This document shows positions 21,414-35,489 of a DNA stretch of 64,000 bases, one piece after another (position 1 is the first letter of the stretch; every line of letters starts with the position of its first letter). Under the pieces are notes generated by a model. The model had not been told where the DNA came from. It ran no database searches and worked only from the letters and a program-made list of their open reading frames with translations. Both the position numbers and the translations under genes were made by a program. Origin of the DNA: Opitutaceae bacterium (lineage in GTDB: Bacteria; Verrucomicrobiota; Verrucomicrobiia; Opitutales; Coraliomargaritaceae); assembly GCA_051252375.1 (NCBI GenBank), contig JBPOFY010000002.1, positions 448,001-512,000 on the forward strand. Reading direction: 5' to 3'.

Positions 21414-22178
21414 ATGTTATCGATTCGCATAATTCCTTGCCTCGATGTCCACGAAGGCCGCGTGGTTAAAGGCGTCAACTTCGTCAACTTGATCGATGCG
21501 GGTGATCCCGTCGAACAAGCCAAAGCTTACGAACTACAAGGTGCCGACGAACTCGTCTTCCTCGACATCACCGCGTCAAGCGACGAGCGCAACACCATGA
21601 TTGATGTCGTGCGACGCACCGCCTCCGAGTGCTTCATGCCACTCACTGTTGGCGGCGGACTGCGCAACGTCGAAAACATCCGCGACATGCTCAATGCAGG
21701 CGCAGATAAAATCAGCCTCAACACTGCCGCGATTCTCAATCCTGAACTGGTGCGCGAAGCCGCCTTAAAATTTGGCAATCAATGCATCGTCGTCGCGATC
21801 GACGCCAAGCGCGTGCCCGATCAACCCGGCAAATGGCAGGTCTACACACACGGCGGCCGCAACAATACCGGTCTCGATGCCATCGAATGGGCAAAGAAAG
21901 TCGTCTCCCTCGGTGCAGGCGAAATCCTGCTCACTAGTATGGATTCCGACGGCACCAAAGCTGGCTTTGATAACGAGCTCAATCGTGCTGTCAGTGAAGC
22001 CGTCGAAGTGCCCGTCATCGCTTCCGGTGGTGCTGGCACACTTGATCACCTCGCCGACGCCATCACCGAAGGTAAAACCAGCGCCGTTCTCGCCGCTTCA
22101 ATTTTCCACTTTGGCACCTTTACCATCAAGCAAGCCAAAGAGCACCTCCAGTCACGCGGCTTGCCGGTCCGACTCTAG
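21414..22178 (+). CDS. hisF: Imidazole glycerol phosphate synthase cyclase subunit
   Basis: [32 protein letters not shown]. Confidence 0.97.
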   Translation: MLSIRIIPCLDVHEGRVVKGVNFVNLIDAGDPVEQAKAYELQGADELVFLDITASSDERNTMIDVVRRTASECFMPLTVGGGLRNVENIRDMLNAGADKISLNTAAILNPELVREAALKFGNQCIVVAIDAKRVPDQPGKWQVYTHGGRNNTGLDAIEWAKKVVSLGAGEILLTSMDSDGTKAGFDNELNRAVSEAVEVPVIASGGAGTLDHLADAITEGKTSAVLAASIFHFGTFTIKQAKEHLQSRGLPVRL

Positions 22179-23119
22179 GGTGCACTCGTCGTAGTCGCTT
22201 CAACTTGAGGCTGCACGGCTCGCCAGCGCTCCAAAACTTGATCGACGAAGTCTCGGTCCAATCCCTTCTCGTTCGATATACTGAGCACGAACTCAGTATC
22301 GTCATAGCGAAGCACGGTGAGCATTGTATCCATCCACACAGAATCACTGTATTCAACGGTGATATCCTTGATATCTTCGTAGAAAGCGGACTCCGCCTCG
22401 TAACCTTCCTCAAAATAACTCTCCCAATAGCACCCCACCCGCTTGTCAGTGAAAAAGTTGCCATCTTCCTTGTAAGACAAGATGCCAAGTGAGTAGAGAA
22501 AGATTAATTCCTCATCCTCAGAAAAGACATCCAACTCAGTCATAAACTGGCGGTGGCTCTGAGAGATCTTCGACCCCTCGACGACATAAGTCGGTGGCAT
22601 CAAACCGATCGAAGGTAAGAACGTAACCACCAGCAGTGCAACACAAGCGATGGACACGGCAATATGCTTGAGACCAAAGCGGGAATAGTTCGACGAACGT
22701 CGCACCTCTGGATCCGCATTCAAGTCGTTCACCACCGAAACCACGGATAGCAGAGGCACAAAACTAAAAAATGAAATCCACCAATATGGATCAGGTAATT
22801 GAGCGACCAAATTGAGTATGAAATAAGCACCCGCAATTAGCATGATGCGATTCTTCGGCATGTCTGGATCGATCGCCTTCTGCAGACTATAGAGCCAGAA
22901 AGGGGCAAGGAAACCGCGCCAAAAGGGACTAATCTCAGGGCGACCGTTTTGCTGCACAAACTTCCAACACTTATAGCACCAATACAGCTCATATAGCCCG
23001 AAAGTGACGATTGAGAGAAAGATAAATTTCGCGCGTGAAGTCGGGTAGAATAAAACCAGATCGGCTGGAAGGACTTCGGCTTCAGGAAGCGGCGGCGGCG
23101 TTTCGACGATTTCAGACAT
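22175..23119 (-). CDS. Hypothetical membrane protein (DUF4234-like N-terminal TM region plus soluble domain)
   Basis: [13 protein letters not shown] motif; several TM segments. Confidence 0.75.
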   Translation of the reverse strand: MSEIVETPPPLPEAEVLPADLVLFYPTSRAKFIFLSIVTFGLYELYWCYKCWKFVQQNGRPEISPFWRGFLAPFWLYSLQKAIDPDMPKNRIMLIAGAYFILNLVAQLPDPYWWISFFSFVPLLSVVSVVNDLNADPEVRRSSNYSRFGLKHIAVSIACVALLVVTFLPSIGLMPPTYVVEGSKISQSHRQFMTELDVFSEDEELIFLYSLGILSYKEDGNFFTDKRVGCYWESYFEEGYEAESAFYEDIKDITVEYSDSVWMDTMLTVLRYDDTEFVLSISNEKGLDRDFVDQVLERWRAVQPQVEATTTSAP

Positions 23120-23281
23120 ACCGCATAAGATCGCCCAAAAAGCGTTCATGCGAGACTATAAAAGTCAAAGATACCACGAATGGATTTCTACAAACTCAGA
23201 TGATTGAGCTGGTAGCGCAGACGCGTCTCGAATGGCGCTAACTACAGCGTATATACAAACATAGATAAACGAAACTTCATT

Positions 23282-23363
23282 TGGAGGGCAATGCTCCGTC
23301 ATTGCCGCAGAAACGTCTAAATGCATCGAACCATCGGCGGTTGCGACGGAGCGCAACCCTCCA
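23282..23363. repeat. GGAG-type REPIN (inverted REP doublet)
   Basis: tggagggcaatgctccgtcattgcc...ggttgcgacggagcgcaaccctcca; near-identical inverted copy at 56248-56329. Confidence 0.9.
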
Positions 23364-23475
23364 AGGTTTTACCGAATTCCTACTTAATGCAGTCGCATTA
23401 CACCGCACCTACGATGTGGTAGCTGAACCCTTTTGAAATAACGTGCGGTGCGAGACGCACCTGCGCTACCAATTA

Positions 23476-24258
23476 TTAGTGCGCTGCTGGTTCGGCGTGC
23501 GCCTCTTCAGCATGTTCACCTTCTGCTGCGAATTCATCATCTTCTTCGACAACCTCTTCAACTTCTGGTTCTGGAATCGGACCGAGGCCTTCTTTCAGCT
23601 CTGCAGCCGTCCAAGTCGTGGAACGACCAGAGTATGTCGCTTTATAATCATCGATCATCTTCTCAGTCACATCGGATGCTTCATTCCCCCACTCTTGGCG
23701 AATGAAAGTGATGACGCCTGCAATATCCTTACTTTTCAGATTCATACCATTCGGTCCGAACGCAGGCATGGCACCATTGTATGTATTTCCTTTTACTTCA
23801 ATAGGACCACCGAGACCGTGGATCAAAATACGTGAAACCACTTCAGGATGACCAGTCACCCATTCAGAACCAGCGATTGGTGGGTAAACACCAGGAACAC
23901 CAGCACCAGTTGCTTGGTGACAGACGGCACACTGCTGACTGAATACTTTCTGACCACGCTCGAAAAGTGGGATTTCCACAGGAGCTGGCTGACCCGCACT
24001 TGGATCGAAATGTGGATCATACGCATCCCAGCGGAAACCACCGGAAAAATGCACGAGGTATACCCCACCCCAGAAACAGAGGGCGGCAAATAGGAACATC
24101 AAAAAGATCGGCACAGGAGAGAAACCTTCGTGTGGCTCTTCCTTTTCACGCATGAGCTGCGCGTGCACATCCTGCATGTGCTCATCTTGCATAGCAGCCT
24201 GTTCGAGCGACGCTTTGTTGCTCGGGTGTGGCCCGGAATTTGTATTCTCTTCGCTCAT
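23476..24258 (-). CDS. Membrane-anchored monoheme cytochrome c (CcoP-position subunit)
   Basis: One TM helix, CAVCH, YNGAMP axial Met. Confidence 0.88.
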   Translation of the reverse strand: MSEENTNSGPHPSNKASLEQAAMQDEHMQDVHAQLMREKEEPHEGFSPVPIFLMFLFAALCFWGGVYLVHFSGGFRWDAYDPHFDPSAGQPAPVEIPLFERGQKVFSQQCAVCHQATGAGVPGVYPPIAGSEWVTGHPEVVSRILIHGLGGPIEVKGNTYNGAMPAFGPNGMNLKSKDIAGVITFIRQEWGNEASDVTEKMIDDYKATYSGRSTTWTAAELKEGLGPIPEPEVEEVVEEDDEFAAEGEHAEEAHAEPAAH

Positions 24259-24908
24259 TATTCGGCAATCGGTGCTTCAGGTAGGCTATAGTCGAGTTTG
24301 AGGCTCAGCATATACTCGACCAGTGCTTCCGCACGGCGGGTCGGCACAACTTCATAACCTGCTTCAGGGCTATACTCTGAATTGGGAGGAAACTTAAGTG
24401 CGTTGGCAGAAGGCGCTCCATCAACTTTACGGGTTTCGTAAAGGAAAGCAAACGGAGCCATATTGGAACCAGGAGACGTGATTTGCGGATTGTAGAGGTG
24501 CAAGTGGTGCCAATCTTTATTCAAAGGACGACCCCCAACGTGCATCAAATCAGGCCCGGCGCGCATGGTGCCTAGGAGCACGCGATCTTGAAGGATGTAG
24601 TCACGAGCGACAGAAGCACGTGGACCCCAGTTACGCTCAACATCGGCACCAAATCCGGCGCGACGCACTTGTTGCGTGTGGCAGTAGATACAGCCCATCT
24701 CGATGTAAACTTGCTTGCCTTGCTGAGCGAGGCCGGGAGCAGTCAACGGATAGAGTGTTTCACCCTCCATGTTATTGCCGTTCTCATCCTTCATCTGAGT
24801 GGTCTGTGTCAGACTACCGAGTTGGATGTTACTGGAAAGAATCAGACCAGTGAACGAGAATGCGAGCGCGAAGAAAATGCCGCAGAATAATAAAGGTAAG
24901 TTTTTCAT
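24258..24908 (-). CDS. ccoO: cbb3-type cytochrome c oxidase subunit II
   Basis: [30 protein letters not shown]. Confidence 0.92.
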   Translation of the reverse strand: MKNLPLLFCGIFFALAFSFTGLILSSNIQLGSLTQTTQMKDENGNNMEGETLYPLTAPGLAQQGKQVYIEMGCIYCHTQQVRRAGFGADVERNWGPRASVARDYILQDRVLLGTMRAGPDLMHVGGRPLNKDWHHLHLYNPQITSPGSNMAPFAFLYETRKVDGAPSANALKFPPNSEYSPEAGYEVVPTRRAEALVEYMLSLKLDYSLPEAPIAE

Positions 24909-26389
24909 TACGCTACACCCTCCTCGCTAGTGGAATCGAGTAGTGTGGGACCTTGCTTCGCGCGAACCGCACCGGCAGCAAAGAGCATCCAAAAGAAATT
25001 CACCGCAAAAGCGATATGGCCAACTGTGAGGAAGACACCGGAAATTGTGCGAGCCTTCAACCAAGGGATCATGTTTTGCACGATATCAAGAAATGGGATC
25101 GTTGCGTCATTCATTTGCACACCTTGGATCCAACCAATAACATGCAAGGCGAACAACATGATAGAGATACCGATCGCACTGCCCCAGAAGTGAAGTTTGA
25201 TCAAGCCGGCGGATGGCCACTCGCGCTTGAGCAAGCGAGGCATCATGTAGTAAACACCACCAAACATGATCATCGAGAAGAAGGCATACACACCGTGGTG
25301 AGCGTGACCGACTGTAAAGTGTGTAAAGTGTGTGATCTCATTCACTGAACGCAAAGCCATGGATGAACCGATCAGACTAACAAGCGTATACGAAATGGCA
25401 CCAAACACGACGAAACGAAGCGTCGGGCTACGCCAGACTTCTTTGTGCAGGCCAACGACCGACATGTGGTGATTGAGACCAACCACGATGACTGGGATCA
25501 CCATCATGATCGAAGCCACGATGCCGGCAGAAATCAGCCAGACTGGAATCGGACCACCAATGAGGTGGTGCACACCGGCCCAGTTGTAGAAGATTGCCAG
25601 AGCCCAGAAACCAAGCACGGACAGATAGTAAGAATAAATCGGGCGCCCCAATACCTTGGGAATCAAATAGTATGCAGTCGCCAATGCCATCGGAGTCAAC
25701 CAGAGCCCGAGCACATTATGCGCAAACCACCAGTTTGTGACCGATTGAACCACGCCACGTGCGGGGAACCAAATGATCATTACCTGAGCGACAATATATA
25801 GCCACGGGAACCAGAAAAGCCCCGCTAGAATATACCACTGAGAAACGTAAACGTGCTCTCCTTTGCGGAACTTGAATGCCATGACACCCCAAACACCAAT
25901 CAAGGCATAAGACAGCGCTAGCAATGGTGTCGCGTAGTGTGGGATTTCAAGCCACTCCACCGAAGTGATGTCGCCCATGATGATACCGACGATACCAACA
26001 GTCAGACCGATATTCCAAAAGATACCGGCGATCAGTAGCAGTCCTCCATGACGAATGGGTGAACGGCAAAGGCGTGCCATGATCCAGAGACCAACGGCGA
26101 AAATGATGTTATTGCCCCACCCGAGTGCCATTGCATTCAAGTGCGCCGAACGCATACGACCGAAAGTCGAGAGTGCACTGTCTCCCATAAATGAAGGCTC
26201 ATGCGCTTTATACGCAGTGATCAGCGCAAAGACCGTGCCGGCCAGCAACCAGAAGATCGCGGACACGGTAAAGAACAGTGCCGAAGTCCGAATGGATGCA
26301 TCGATTTCGCTCAGTTCGGCGCGCACCGCAGCGTCGTTCGACGAATACGGGCTGGCTGACTGGCTGTTAATCTGTGGAGCTTCGCTCAT
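24908..26389 (-). CDS. ccoN: cbb3-type cytochrome c oxidase subunit I
   Basis: [30 protein letters not shown]. Confidence 0.93.
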   Translation of the reverse strand: MSEAPQINSQSASPYSSNDAAVRAELSEIDASIRTSALFFTVSAIFWLLAGTVFALITAYKAHEPSFMGDSALSTFGRMRSAHLNAMALGWGNNIIFAVGLWIMARLCRSPIRHGGLLLIAGIFWNIGLTVGIVGIIMGDITSVEWLEIPHYATPLLALSYALIGVWGVMAFKFRKGEHVYVSQWYILAGLFWFPWLYIVAQVMIIWFPARGVVQSVTNWWFAHNVLGLWLTPMALATAYYLIPKVLGRPIYSYYLSVLGFWALAIFYNWAGVHHLIGGPIPVWLISAGIVASIMMVIPVIVVGLNHHMSVVGLHKEVWRSPTLRFVVFGAISYTLVSLIGSSMALRSVNEITHFTHFTVGHAHHGVYAFFSMIMFGGVYYMMPRLLKREWPSAGLIKLHFWGSAIGISIMLFALHVIGWIQGVQMNDATIPFLDIVQNMIPWLKARTISGVFLTVGHIAFAVNFFWMLFAAGAVRAKQGPTLLDSTSEEGVA

Positions 26390-26508
26390 TGAAAGAGAAT
26401 TTAATTAAGTATTGGGAATTAGGAATCAAAAGTATCGTTAAGTTGAAGTTCGGAGTGCTTTATCAACATTCCTAATTTGTCATTCTTAATTCCTAATCGA
26501 AAAAGTTA

Positions 26509-26700
26509 TTATTTACTGGGAAAGGAGTCGGAAATCTCACCCTCGGGTTCTTCGTCGGTAAAGATGGTGCTGGCTTGGCTATCGAAGTTGCGGAATTGCC
26601 CGCGCTTCGAAGACCAGTAGAGCATCGCGATGGCTGACACAAAAAAGACCACACCCAGTAGGATGATGGGAAGCAAATCTGTGTAGCTTTCAGCGTCCAT
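26509..26700 (-). CDS. ccoS: cbb3 oxidase assembly protein CcoS-like
   Basis: Single TM then WSSKRGQF.NFD. Confidence 0.75.
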   Translation of the reverse strand: MDAESYTDLLPIILLGVVFFVSAIAMLYWSSKRGQFRNFDSQASTIFTDEEPEGEISDSFPSK

Positions 26701-26709
26701 CGGAAAAAA

Positions 26710-26958
26710 TTAATCCTTCTTTTGGTAAGCGCTGATGGTCTGCTCCATCGCGGCATCGATGTTGCCAAGCTTGGCAACTCCCTGTGCGCGAATCTCATCC
26801 ACTTTAGCCTGACGGTCCGCGACCACTTGTGTATCTACCGCATCGGGACGATTCGGCAGATAAGCGACAAAGATGATTAGAGCGAAAATAAGAATCGCGC
26901 CGAGACTGCCGAGGAAAGTCAGCAGGAAATTACATTTGGATACTTCTTGTTCAGACAT
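26710..26958 (-). CDS. Small single-TM protein in the respiratory operon
   Basis: 82 aa, tightly spaced between actF and ccoS. Confidence 0.75.
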   Translation of the reverse strand: MSEQEVSKCNFLLTFLGSLGAILIFALIIFVAYLPNRPDAVDTQVVADRQAKVDEIRAQGVAKLGNIDAAMEQTISAYQKKD

Positions 26959-26964
26959 CGTAAA

Positions 26965-28239
26965 TTACTCGGTGTAGTTAAGGGATGTGAGGATGTTCGG
27001 GTCACGAATAGGAATCGGCTCAGCCTTCTTCATGCTACGGCACATTGCGAAGATGCAGATGCCCCCGATACCAACGAGTGCGGCGATATCGTATGGAGAA
27101 ATCGAGAACTGACGAACGAGATAGCCCGCTGCGTGTGGATCTGGATTCACCAATTTGCCAGGAACAATGTTCCAGTAAAGATCGAGAAGGTGGAATGCGA
27201 GGATCCAAGTCGAAATCGCAACCGTGCGCCAAATGACGACCTTTGTCTTATACCAAAGCAGGCAAAGGAACGGCGTGAGGAAGTGACCGAAGATCAAGCC
27301 CATGCTCACCCACCACCAACTGTTTGTGGTGCCATCGAAATTCTGTTCACGCAGGTTATACCAGAAAGTTTCTTCCGGAATATTGGCGTTATAAATAAGG
27401 AAATACTGGGAGAAGCTGATGTAGGCCCAGAAAACTGTGAAAGCCAACATCATACAACCGACGTCGTAACGGTGCGCTTGCTTGAGGATACCCTTGAGGT
27501 AACCCTTAGCAGCGAGAATGACTGTCAGAATGATGATCGAGCTCAATGCTGCACGCATACATGCAGCGAAGAACCACACACCATACATGGTCGAGAACCA
27601 GTGGTATTCAAGCGACTTGAACCAGTCGATCGCACCCATTGTCATGGCAACCGCGCAAAGGAACAAACCGAGCGAGGAAAGAACACGTGCCTTGTGTGTG
27701 TTTTTGATATCGCCTGTCTTATCTGTATCGAAAGAGAACTTACGAAGCAGACCGGAGATCAAGATGAACACACCAAAGATCATGAAAACGCGGATGGTGA
27801 AGAACTCGATATTCAGGAAAGGCTGTTTCCACTGGTAGATCGCGTCCTCACCGACAGTGCCGTGACCGGGCAATGCGTTGGTGCCATTCATCCACTTCCA
27901 GAGAATACCTGGATTGTCGTGGAACAAGACCACTGCGAGCAATGGAAGGAACAGCACGAGCAAATATGGGAAGGCTGCCATGAAGTGCTCACATTGGCGG
28001 CGGATGATCACCGGCCAGCGAGCATGGAAAACATACCAGATTTGGGTCAAGAAGAGCATCCCGATCGCAATCGAGATCCAGAAGCCGATACCGATGAGCC
28101 AGCTCATCAATGGGCGGGCGTCGTTGTTATCCAAGCCTTGCTTGAAACCGAATAGAGCGATAACGATGCCGACGATGCCGACGATGAGAGCGATGAGCCC
28201 TACGTTGCTACCTTTGGAGTTAGATGTGTCCGAACTCAT
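26965..28239 (-). CDS. actF: Alternative complex III subunit ActF
   Basis: DWFKSL..HWFSTMYG, FWAYISFSQY, ANIPEETFWY. Confidence 0.9.
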   Translation of the reverse strand: MSSDTSNSKGSNVGLIALIVGIVGIVIALFGFKQGLDNNDARPLMSWLIGIGFWISIAIGMLFLTQIWYVFHARWPVIIRRQCEHFMAAFPYLLVLFLPLLAVVLFHDNPGILWKWMNGTNALPGHGTVGEDAIYQWKQPFLNIEFFTIRVFMIFGVFILISGLLRKFSFDTDKTGDIKNTHKARVLSSLGLFLCAVAMTMGAIDWFKSLEYHWFSTMYGVWFFAACMRAALSSIIILTVILAAKGYLKGILKQAHRYDVGCMMLAFTVFWAYISFSQYFLIYNANIPEETFWYNLREQNFDGTTNSWWWVSMGLIFGHFLTPFLCLLWYKTKVVIWRTVAISTWILAFHLLDLYWNIVPGKLVNPDPHAAGYLVRQFSISPYDIAALVGIGGICIFAMCRSMKKAEPIPIRDPNILTSLNYTE

Positions 28240-28243
28240 AGTA

Positions 28244-28876
28244 TTAAATTCCTGCCTCCGCTACTGGGTTTTGCGACTTTTGCAAAGCGCGCATGTAGAG
28301 CACGATGGCCCAGCGTTCTTCAGGGCTTAAGCGGTCTTTCAAACCGAGCATCTGATTGAAACCATTTGAAATGACATCGTAGATATAGCCGTCCTCAACA
28401 GAACGAAGACGATCGTCGTGGTAGTTAGCAGGCACCGCACCAACCATGTATGGCTGGACGACTCCTTTGCCATCACCGGCTGCACCGTGGCAAGCACCAC
28501 AGAAGATGTCGTATTTTTGACGACCTTGCTCGATGAGCTCGTAAGAGACTTCGAGTGGCAGCTTCTTAACGAAGGAACCGTCGGCGTTCTTACCTTCAAG
28601 AAGAACCGTGTCGCCTAGGCGCTGGTCTTCGAAGTCGGCAGAGAAAACTTCTTTTTGATTAAAATAGTTACCACGAGCGACTGTGCCGGCTGGCACGGGG
28701 CGATCGTTACGACCATCGGCGAAAAACTCGTTTTCTGCCTGTGGCTTGTAACGGGCCTGACGGTCCATGTCGGGGAACACTTCAAGTGGTGGTTTCGTGC
28801 TTGTCGTGCCGCGGAAGCCGAGAATCGACACGGCCGCGATGACCACAAATACATAGATTGCTAAAAATATACGCAT
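28244..28876 (-). CDS. actE: Alternative complex III monoheme subunit ActE
   Basis: FPDMDRQ, PAGTVARG, CGACHG, ERWAIV. Confidence 0.9.
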   Translation of the reverse strand: MRIFLAIYVFVVIAAVSILGFRGTTSTKPPLEVFPDMDRQARYKPQAENEFFADGRNDRPVPAGTVARGNYFNQKEVFSADFEDQRLGDTVLLEGKNADGSFVKKLPLEVSYELIEQGRQKYDIFCGACHGAAGDGKGVVQPYMVGAVPANYHDDRLRSVEDGYIYDVISNGFNQMLGLKDRLSPEERWAIVLYMRALQKSQNPVAEAGI

Positions 28877-28885
28877 GATGATGTC

Positions 28886-29415
28886 CTAGGCTGAGACCTC
28901 CTCAATGTCAGTTCCGCCAATTTCTTCGAGGAACTGACGTGTCGCGACGGGATCAAATTTACCGTCGCGTGCTTCGATGGCGATAACGAGACGGTCTCCG
29001 GAAACTTCCAGAAACTTTTCGCTGTTAAAGAGTGGATTATAGTGCTGTGGGAGCAAATTGGTGATGAACATCCCGCCGAGCGTGCCGAAAGCTGACAACA
29101 GAATCGTCAACTCATACATGATCGGGAATGGGAAGACCGGGCTGAAGAATGGCTTACCACCCACGATGAGTGGATAGTTGTAAGCATTCATGAACCAGAC
29201 GATTAGGGTGCCGAGCGTGAAGCCACAAATACCGCCACAGAAAGTGAAGACCGGCACCTTGGAGCGAGGCTGACCTTGCGCGGCTGGCATGCCGTGAACG
29301 GGGAACGATGAATACGTGTCCCATTTTTTGTAACCAGCATCCCTCACCTTTTCTGCCGCATGGAAGAAAGAAGGTGTATCCGGGAAACTTGCGATAATTC
29401 CGTATGTTTCAGACA

Positions 29416-29416
<1 letters not shown>
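28886..29416 (-). CDS. actD: Alternative complex III subunit ActD (DUF3341)
   Basis: [20 protein letters not shown]. Confidence 0.9.
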
Positions 29417-30915
<1,499 letters not shown>

Positions 30916-30939
30916 TTTAATAGGTTCGCAAGTTATAAA

Positions 30940-33900
30940 TTAGTGAGCGGGTTGCGCTTCTTTAGAGGGAGTGGAATGGTCGTCGTGTGCTGGAGCAGCA
31001 TGTTCGTCGCCATGTGAATCTTTTCCTTCGCCGTGATCACCGCCGCTGCCATGTCCGTAACGCTCGTCGTATTGAGTGTAGGCGTATGGCTTGGAGTATG
31101 CGTCGGGCATCTTAGGATTCGGGTTACGAAGACGTGCCAAGTATGTGGTGCGTGGACGCGCATTGAGGTAACCCAAGACAGAGTAGTTACGATCGCTCGC
31201 CTTCATCTTGGAAACTTCAGAGTTCGCATCGGAAATATCACCAAAGGTAATCGCATCGGTCGGGCAGACTTGTTGACAAGCTGTCTTGATGTTGCCGTCC
31301 GCGATCTTGATGTTGCCGGAAGCACCTGCGAGGCGCTTCTGCTCAATCTTAGCTGCTTCGATACGCTGCGTGCAGAATGTGCACTTCTCCATCACACCAC
31401 GCATACGAACGGTGACGTTTGGATTCTTTTGCATCTTCTGAAGCTCTGGCTCGTCGACGGGACCGAGTGGGCCTTTGTAAACTTCACCGATCTGGCGTTT
31501 GTTCCAATCGAAGAAGTTGAAACGGCGAACCTTATACGGGCAGTTATTCGCGCAATAACGCGTGCCAACGCAGCGGTTGTAAGCCATCGTGTTCAAACCG
31601 GAACTGTCGTGCACAGTCGCATTGACGGGGCAAACTTGCTCACACGGTGCATTTTCACAGTGTTGGCACATCATGCCCATGAAGGATACTTGAACGTCCT
31701 CTGGAACTTCCTCTTGGTCGTATTTCTCGGCAGAGAAGTAACGGTCGATACGCATCCAGTGCATTTCGCGACCGCGAAGTGATTGCTCCTTGCCGACGAT
31801 TGGAATGTTATTCTCGCTTTGGCAGGCGACCACACATGCGGTGCAACCTGTGCAGCTGTTCAAATCGATCGCCATGCCCCACTGCTGAATCGCAGGGAAC
31901 TTGTCTTCGTTGCCTTTCCAAACATTTACGTTGGGAGCTGGCTTTGTGAAATCAGGGTGCTCGTAAGCGGAGTTACCGCGGAACTGGCTAGTGGCCTGCT
32001 CTTGAAGCGACTTGTCTGCGTCCTTGCCATAATTGGCTGGAGCGTGCGACTCAACGCCGACCTTGTTGGCGAAATCAGGGTGCTTTGCGTAGTAATCTGC
32101 GTTACCTTCACGAACAATCGCGCGGCCTTCCATCGACCAGTGCTCTTGTGTGTTGGCGAGATCATACTTCTCTTCAGTCAACTGAAGGGCTGCACCGAGT
32201 GCGACACCAAGACCATCGGAGCTGCGAACTGTGTAAGCGTTGAAACCAACACCTTGACCGACGCGACCAACGACCTCGCGGCCCATTCCAAGCGGAAGGA
32301 CAACTGTGTAGTTCGCCATACCAGGAACGACGTGAATCGGGCCCTTTACGGTGCGACCGTTGATGGTGAGCTCAGCGACAACCGCTTGCTCTTGGCCGCG
32401 CTTGAATTCGGCTTTGTTGTTTTGAAGTGTTCCCTTAGCGCCTTCGAAGAACGCGCTGTCCTTGTTCATTGGCTTCTTGCTTGGGAAAATCTGGACGCCT
32501 TGTTGCTCTTCGAGCTCCTTAGCCAAACGTGGGCTAATCAAGATCGCATTGTCCCAAGTCAGCTTGGTCATTGGATCCGGGCACTCCATCATCCAACCAT
32601 TGTTGGCGAAACGACCGTCACCAGCGTGCGAGCTAGGTGCGAAGCGAACTTCGAGCTTGGTAGCGCTGAGTTCCAAAGCCTTGAGTTCAGCAGCGTCGAT
32701 CGCAGCAACTACCTTAGCAGGCTCGGATTTCGCAGCCACTGCCTTGAAGGCAGAACCTTCGAGAAGACCATCACTGAGGAATTTATTATAATCGCTACCG
32801 CCGAGCTTCTTGAATGTCGCTTGTGCGATCGAGTAAGCATCGGTGACTTCTGCGCCAGCCAAACGTGCGAGCACTTCGAGCTCGTTGAATGTTGGGAAAA
32901 GCGGCTCAATCATCGGCTGCACTGGAACCAGTGTGCCGTCGAAAGTGCGGCCATCGCCCCAGCTCTCGAGATAGTGTGAGCGTGCGATGAAAGTCTTAGC
33001 TGCCTTGGCTGTTTCGTTGACCGATCCACCGAAGTAGATGCTTTCAGCAGCTTTGGCTTGTGCAGCGGCCCAATCGAGGTCGACCGGTGCATCGTAAACT
33101 GGGTTACCACCGATGATCACGAGTGTCTGCACGTCGCCTTTATTGAGGCGGGCTGCAGCGGCTGCGATACCCTTCTCGGCATCGGCGACAGCAACATATT
33201 TAACTGGAGCAGCCAGCGCTTCGTTGATCGCGATCACGATAGCGTGAACCGACTTTGGAAGGTGCTCACCGGCAACAATGATGGCGTGACCAGCATGATC
33301 TGCAAGGTCAGCCGCACATTCGTCGACCCACTTAGCATCAACATGAAGCGAAGCACCAAGCTTCTTTAATTCACCAGCGAGTGGACCACCAACGTGCTTC
33401 TTAGCAAGAACAGCGGCACCGACTTGAGCGATGAAAGCGCCCATTTGGCTGCTGCTGAGGCGGAGACGGTGATCGGCCATAGAGCCAGTCGATGTCAATG
33501 TGCTCTCAACCGCATAGAGGCGGCTCATCTTCGTGGCCTCTTTAGAATCTTTAACCTTACGAGTCTTAACGAAATCGCGGGCAAGACCGATCGATGCGTC
33601 AGCATTTAGAAGGAAGTCTGCATCCAGAGAAAGCACACGCTTTGCTTTGGAGAAATCAGGGAGTGCGCGCAGCGTCTTGCCGAAGACTGCCTTGGCAGCT
33701 TGCTCGGAAGTGCTTTGATCAATCGGTGTATACTCAGTCCAAGTCGCGGCAGGGAATGCCTTCTTGATTTGAGCAACCAGTGCGGCACGGCTAGGTGAAG
33801 TGCTTGGCTCTGCAAGGAAAACGAGTCCCTTACCCTTGTCGGCACCATGTGTCTTGCGAATCGCAGCGAGGCGGTCACGGACAGCTGTCTCAGAGATGCT

Positions 33901-34344
33901 GCTCTTCGTTGCGCGGTCAGGATCGTAAAGATCCAAAATGCTGGCTTGTGTGTAAACCGAAGTCGCACCGCCGTATGGCTTGTAGCTAGGGTTACCTTCG
34001 ATCTTGGTTGGACGACCTGTGTGCGTCTCAACGATGACCGGCACATTGTCACGAGCACCAGGCTGTGAGGATGTATAGTAAACTGGGATGCCAGGAATGA
34101 CGTTCTCGGGCTGCTTGGAGTAAGGTAGGATGGTTTGCTCAGGGCGACGGCAACCTGCCATACCCAGACCAGCCAGACCGAACGATGCGGCCATGACCTT
34201 CATGAACTGACGGCGATTGACACCTTCCATCTCGGAAGCACCGGCAGGGAATTCACGTTCGACCCAGTCCTTGAAAGCGGGTGTTTCCGCAAGGCTGTCG
34301 AGGCTCTTCCAGTAGCGAGGACCTGAAAATTCAGAGTTATTCAT
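30940..34344 (-). CDS. actB: Alternative complex III subunit ActB (molybdopterin-fold plus Fe-S domain, Tat exported)
   Basis: YWKSL, NRRQFMK Tat motif, [31 protein letters not shown]. Confidence 0.95.
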   Translation of the reverse strand: MNNSEFSGPRYWKSLDSLAETPAFKDWVEREFPAGASEMEGVNRRQFMKVMAASFGLAGLGMAGCRRPEQTILPYSKQPENVIPGIPVYYTSSQPGARDNVPVIVETHTGRPTKIEGNPSYKPYGGATSVYTQASILDLYDPDRATKSSISETAVRDRLAAIRKTHGADKGKGLVFLAEPSTSPSRAALVAQIKKAFPAATWTEYTPIDQSTSEQAAKAVFGKTLRALPDFSKAKRVLSLDADFLLNADASIGLARDFVKTRKVKDSKEATKMSRLYAVESTLTSTGSMADHRLRLSSSQMGAFIAQVGAAVLAKKHVGGPLAGELKKLGASLHVDAKWVDECAADLADHAGHAIIVAGEHLPKSVHAIVIAINEALAAPVKYVAVADAEKGIAAAAARLNKGDVQTLVIIGGNPVYDAPVDLDWAAAQAKAAESIYFGGSVNETAKAAKTFIARSHYLESWGDGRTFDGTLVPVQPMIEPLFPTFNELEVLARLAGAEVTDAYSIAQATFKKLGGSDYNKFLSDGLLEGSAFKAVAAKSEPAKVVAAIDAAELKALELSATKLEVRFAPSSHAGDGRFANNGWMMECPDPMTKLTWDNAILISPRLAKELEEQQGVQIFPSKKPMNKDSAFFEGAKGTLQNNKAEFKRGQEQAVVAELTINGRTVKGPIHVVPGMANYTVVLPLGMGREVVGRVGQGVGFNAYTVRSSDGLGVALGAALQLTEEKYDLANTQEHWSMEGRAIVREGNADYYAKHPDFANKVGVESHAPANYGKDADKSLQEQATSQFRGNSAYEHPDFTKPAPNVNVWKGNEDKFPAIQQWGMAIDLNSCTGCTACVVACQSENNIPIVGKEQSLRGREMHWMRIDRYFSAEKYDQEEVPEDVQVSFMGMMCQHCENAPCEQVCPVNATVHDSSGLNTMAYNRCVGTRYCANNCPYKVRRFNFFDWNKRQIGEVYKGPLGPVDEPELQKMQKNPNVTVRMRGVMEKCTFCTQRIEAAKIEQKRLAGASGNIKIADGNIKTACQQVCPTDAITFGDISDANSEVSKMKASDRNYSVLGYLNARPRTTYLARLRNPNPKMPDAYSKPYAYTQYDERYGHGSGGDHGEGKDSHGDEHAAPAHDDHSTPSKEAQPAH

Positions 34345-34362
34345 TGCTTAAATAAAAATCGA

Positions 34363-35016
34363 TTAACGGTGGCAGCCTGAACAGCTTTGTGGCGGATTGA
34401 CTTTCCAGTCGTGAACGAAGCCTTCGAATTCAGCTTCAGCGGCTTCACCTTCTGGGCGTTCCCAATCAAGGTTGTAAACTTCTTCTACCGGGCGGATGTA
34501 TTCCTCCGGATTGCGGTGACACTCTAAACAGAAAGCCATGCTGAATGATTTCTCATGCTGCACGACATCCATCTCGTCGACACGACCGTGACACTCGACG
34601 CAGCTGATACCGCGGTTTACGTGGACGGAGTGATTGAAGTAGACGTAGTCTGGTGTCTTGTGAACACGCACCCATGGAATCGGCTCGCCCGACTCGTAGC
34701 TCTCGCGCACAGGAGCGAGCATTGGGTCGTCCTTACGCACCATGCTGTGGCATGACATACAGACATTCGAACCAGGCACATTGGAGTGCTCGGAACGATC
34801 AACAAAAGTGTGGCAGTAACGGCAATCGATCTCCAACTGACCTGCGTGCAGGGCGTGGCTGAAAGCGACCGGCTGTGTCGGCGCATAGCCGACACGTGTG
34901 TATTTTGGTGTGGCGTAATAAGTCACCCCCAAAACAACCGCTGTCTTGATCAAGACAATTGCTACAATTACTTTAATAGGGATCGTGTTGACCCACCTTG
35001 GAAATACATTCGCCAT
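34363..35016 (-). CDS. actA: Alternative complex III pentaheme cytochrome c ActA
   Basis: Five CxxCH motifs, QPVAFSH, YFNHSVH. Confidence 0.94.
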   Translation of the reverse strand: MANVFPRWVNTIPIKVIVAIVLIKTAVVLGVTYYATPKYTRVGYAPTQPVAFSHALHAGQLEIDCRYCHTFVDRSEHSNVPGSNVCMSCHSMVRKDDPMLAPVRESYESGEPIPWVRVHKTPDYVYFNHSVHVNRGISCVECHGRVDEMDVVQHEKSFSMAFCLECHRNPEEYIRPVEEVYNLDWERPEGEAAEAEFEGFVHDWKVNPPQSCSGCHR

Positions 35017-35048
35017 TGTAATTAGTGTATAAAATTTGCCGGTTGGAC

Positions 35049-35258
35049 TTACGCCAGATCCACTGACTGACGGGCTACTGCCCCTTTCGCAGTGCGGATA
35101 CGCGACATCGCACTCGGTGTTTTCACCTGTGCTGCATGTTGCGTGGTTGCAGATTTCGAACGTGCGACGCCCCCCAGAGCCAAGGCCCCAGCAAGTGCAA
35201 CGCCTGCACGCTTTAAAAATCCCTTACGAGTAGTATTAGTAGTAGTTCCGCTGTCCAT
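35049..35258 (-). CDS. Small protein with Tat-like N-terminus
   Basis: TRKGFLK followed by a hydrophobic stretch; immediately upstream of actA. Confidence 0.6.
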   Translation of the reverse strand: MDSGTTTNTTRKGFLKRAGVALAGALALGGVARSKSATTQHAAQVKTPSAMSRIRTAKGAVARQSVDLA

Positions 35259-35489
35259 CGGTTTAAAAGGTGCTGATAAAAGTCGCACGCTAACTCATGG
35301 CAACCGTTTTTTAACTAGAATTTGAAAACAAATGGAACAATCCCAATAATCACAGATATCTCGTATTACTTGAGAGTTAGCGTATTTAAGCCACAAACGA
35401 CATTCCTTCAAAGGAATCAGTTCTCCTAGTAAGCGAACTTATGGGCACTAGAAATAAGCAGGTCGTATAACTGGTATCACGACACCTAA

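Noticed and set aside
23165..23470. Short ORFs or possible ncRNA
   Set aside because: Explained by clustered REP palindromes
26947..28155. 402-aa plus-strand ORF
   Set aside because: Antisense shadow of actF; no motifs
31033..32979. 249-aa and 398-aa plus-strand ORFs
   Set aside because: Antisense shadows of actB, explained by codon bias
35259..35489. FNR box upstream of the act-cco operon
   Set aside because: No TTGAT-N4-ATCAA match found by eye
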